This document shows positions 63,081 to 64,000 of a stretch of DNA of 64,000 nucleotides, in pieces; positions within the stretch are counted from its first letter, which is position 1; each line of letters opens with the position of its first letter. The notes beneath the pieces were generated by a model. The model was not told the DNA's origin. It was given only the letters and a program-made list of their open reading frames with translations, and searched no databases. Made by a program: the position numbers and the translations under genes. Source of the stretch: Octopus sinensis (Eukaryota); contig NC_043006.1 in NCBI RefSeq assembly GCF_006345805.1, forward strand, positions 79,422,001 through 79,486,000, written 5' to 3'.

Positions 63081-63287
63081 GGACATCAAAAGCATGACAG
63101 CTAGAGGGAGGGAGGGTAACACCAGCATTTTCAACTGAGTACCAGCACCCAGCTGGTACCCATTTTCATCTGGGTAGACTAGACTAATATGAAATGAGGC
63201 TCAAGAATACAGTGTGCTGTCCATCTAGGAATTGAACTCATGATATTATGATCATAAGCCCAACAGTCTGATTACTTTCATTTAAAT

Positions 63288-64000
63288 CAGTGGTTCTCAA
63301 CAGGGGTCCATATGACCCTGGGGTGGGGTCCGTGTATGATTTTGTTGTTAAAATTTATGTGCAATAAACCGGTTATACTTCTACAATACATAAAAGATTT
63401 TAAGACCAATTTTATACAATTTCTAATGATATTTAGTGATGAAAAATATAACAGGATTTTTTAATACAATTCCCAAAAATATTTAATTATAAAAAAATAT
63501 AATAGAATTTTTTAAACATAGGCGCAGGAGTGGCTGTGTGGTAAGTAGCTTGCTAACCAACCACATGGTTCCGGGTTCAGTCCCACTGCGTGGCATCTTG
63601 GGCAAGTGTCTTCTGCTATAGCCTCGGGCCGACCAAAGCCTTGTGAGTGGATTTGGTAGACGGAAACTGAAAAAAGCCTGTCGTATATATGTATGTATAT
63701 GTATATATATATATGTGTATGTGTGTGTATATGTTTGTGTGTTTGTGTTTGTCCCTCTAGCATTGCTTGACAACTGGTGTGTTTACGTCCTCGTCACTTA
63801 GCGGTTCGGCAAAAGAGACCGATAGAATAAGTACTGGGCTTACAAAGAATAAGTCCCGGGGTTGATTTGCTCGACTAAAGGCGGTGCTCCAGCATGGCTG
63901 CAGTCAAATGACTGAAACGAGTAAAAGAGTAAAAGAGTATTGAATAGTTATGAGGAGGACCCTTCTGAGTAAAATAGGAATCAAAGGGGCCCATAGGTAA
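63288..64000. mobile_element. hAT/Charlie-like MITE interrupted by a SINE, running off the window end
   Basis: Starts cagtggttctcaacaggggtccatatgaccctggggtggggtcc (a Charlie-type terminus). A family-A SINE is inserted at about 63519-63938. Confidence 0.55.
63519..63938 (+). mobile_element. SINE family A (young-looking)
   Basis: Near-consensus copy inside the hAT MITE. Confidence 0.9.

Overview
This is AT-rich, repeat-saturated eukaryotic genomic DNA. Its tRNA-derived SINE families and microsatellite load look like an octopus (coleoid cephalopod) genome; that is my recognition, not a database result. I can support only one host coding exon: the first coding exon of a GAP1-family Ras GTPase-activating protein (RASA2/RASA3-like) on the minus strand at 57957-57906 (MAGLADVRVEESLRIKI-G, GTGAGT donor), with a CpG-rich ETS/CCAAT promoter just upstream. 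I could not find exon 2, so bases 1-57905 are probably one very long first intron. The rest is transposon-derived: at least four tRNA-SINE families, 3' remnants of RTE, CR1, CR1/L2-like and R4/Dong LINEs, a decayed Penelope RT, two decayed mariner (maT-like) elements, two non-autonomous Helitrons and several MITEs. Nearly all ORFs in the supplied track are microsatellite or repeat artefacts. The most interesting observations are: (1) a ~490-bp palindromic element built from a tRNA-like Pol III head plus a Penelope-type tail with a decayed minimal hammerhead ribozyme, with two further hammerhead-like Penelope ends elsewhere; (2) one SINE head carrying two alternative 3' tails, each matching a different LINE whose 3' end is also in this window; (3) SINE multimers that appear to have moved as single units. 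All coordinates were counted by eye, and repeat boundaries are approximate (roughly +/-10 bp) unless a TSD is given.
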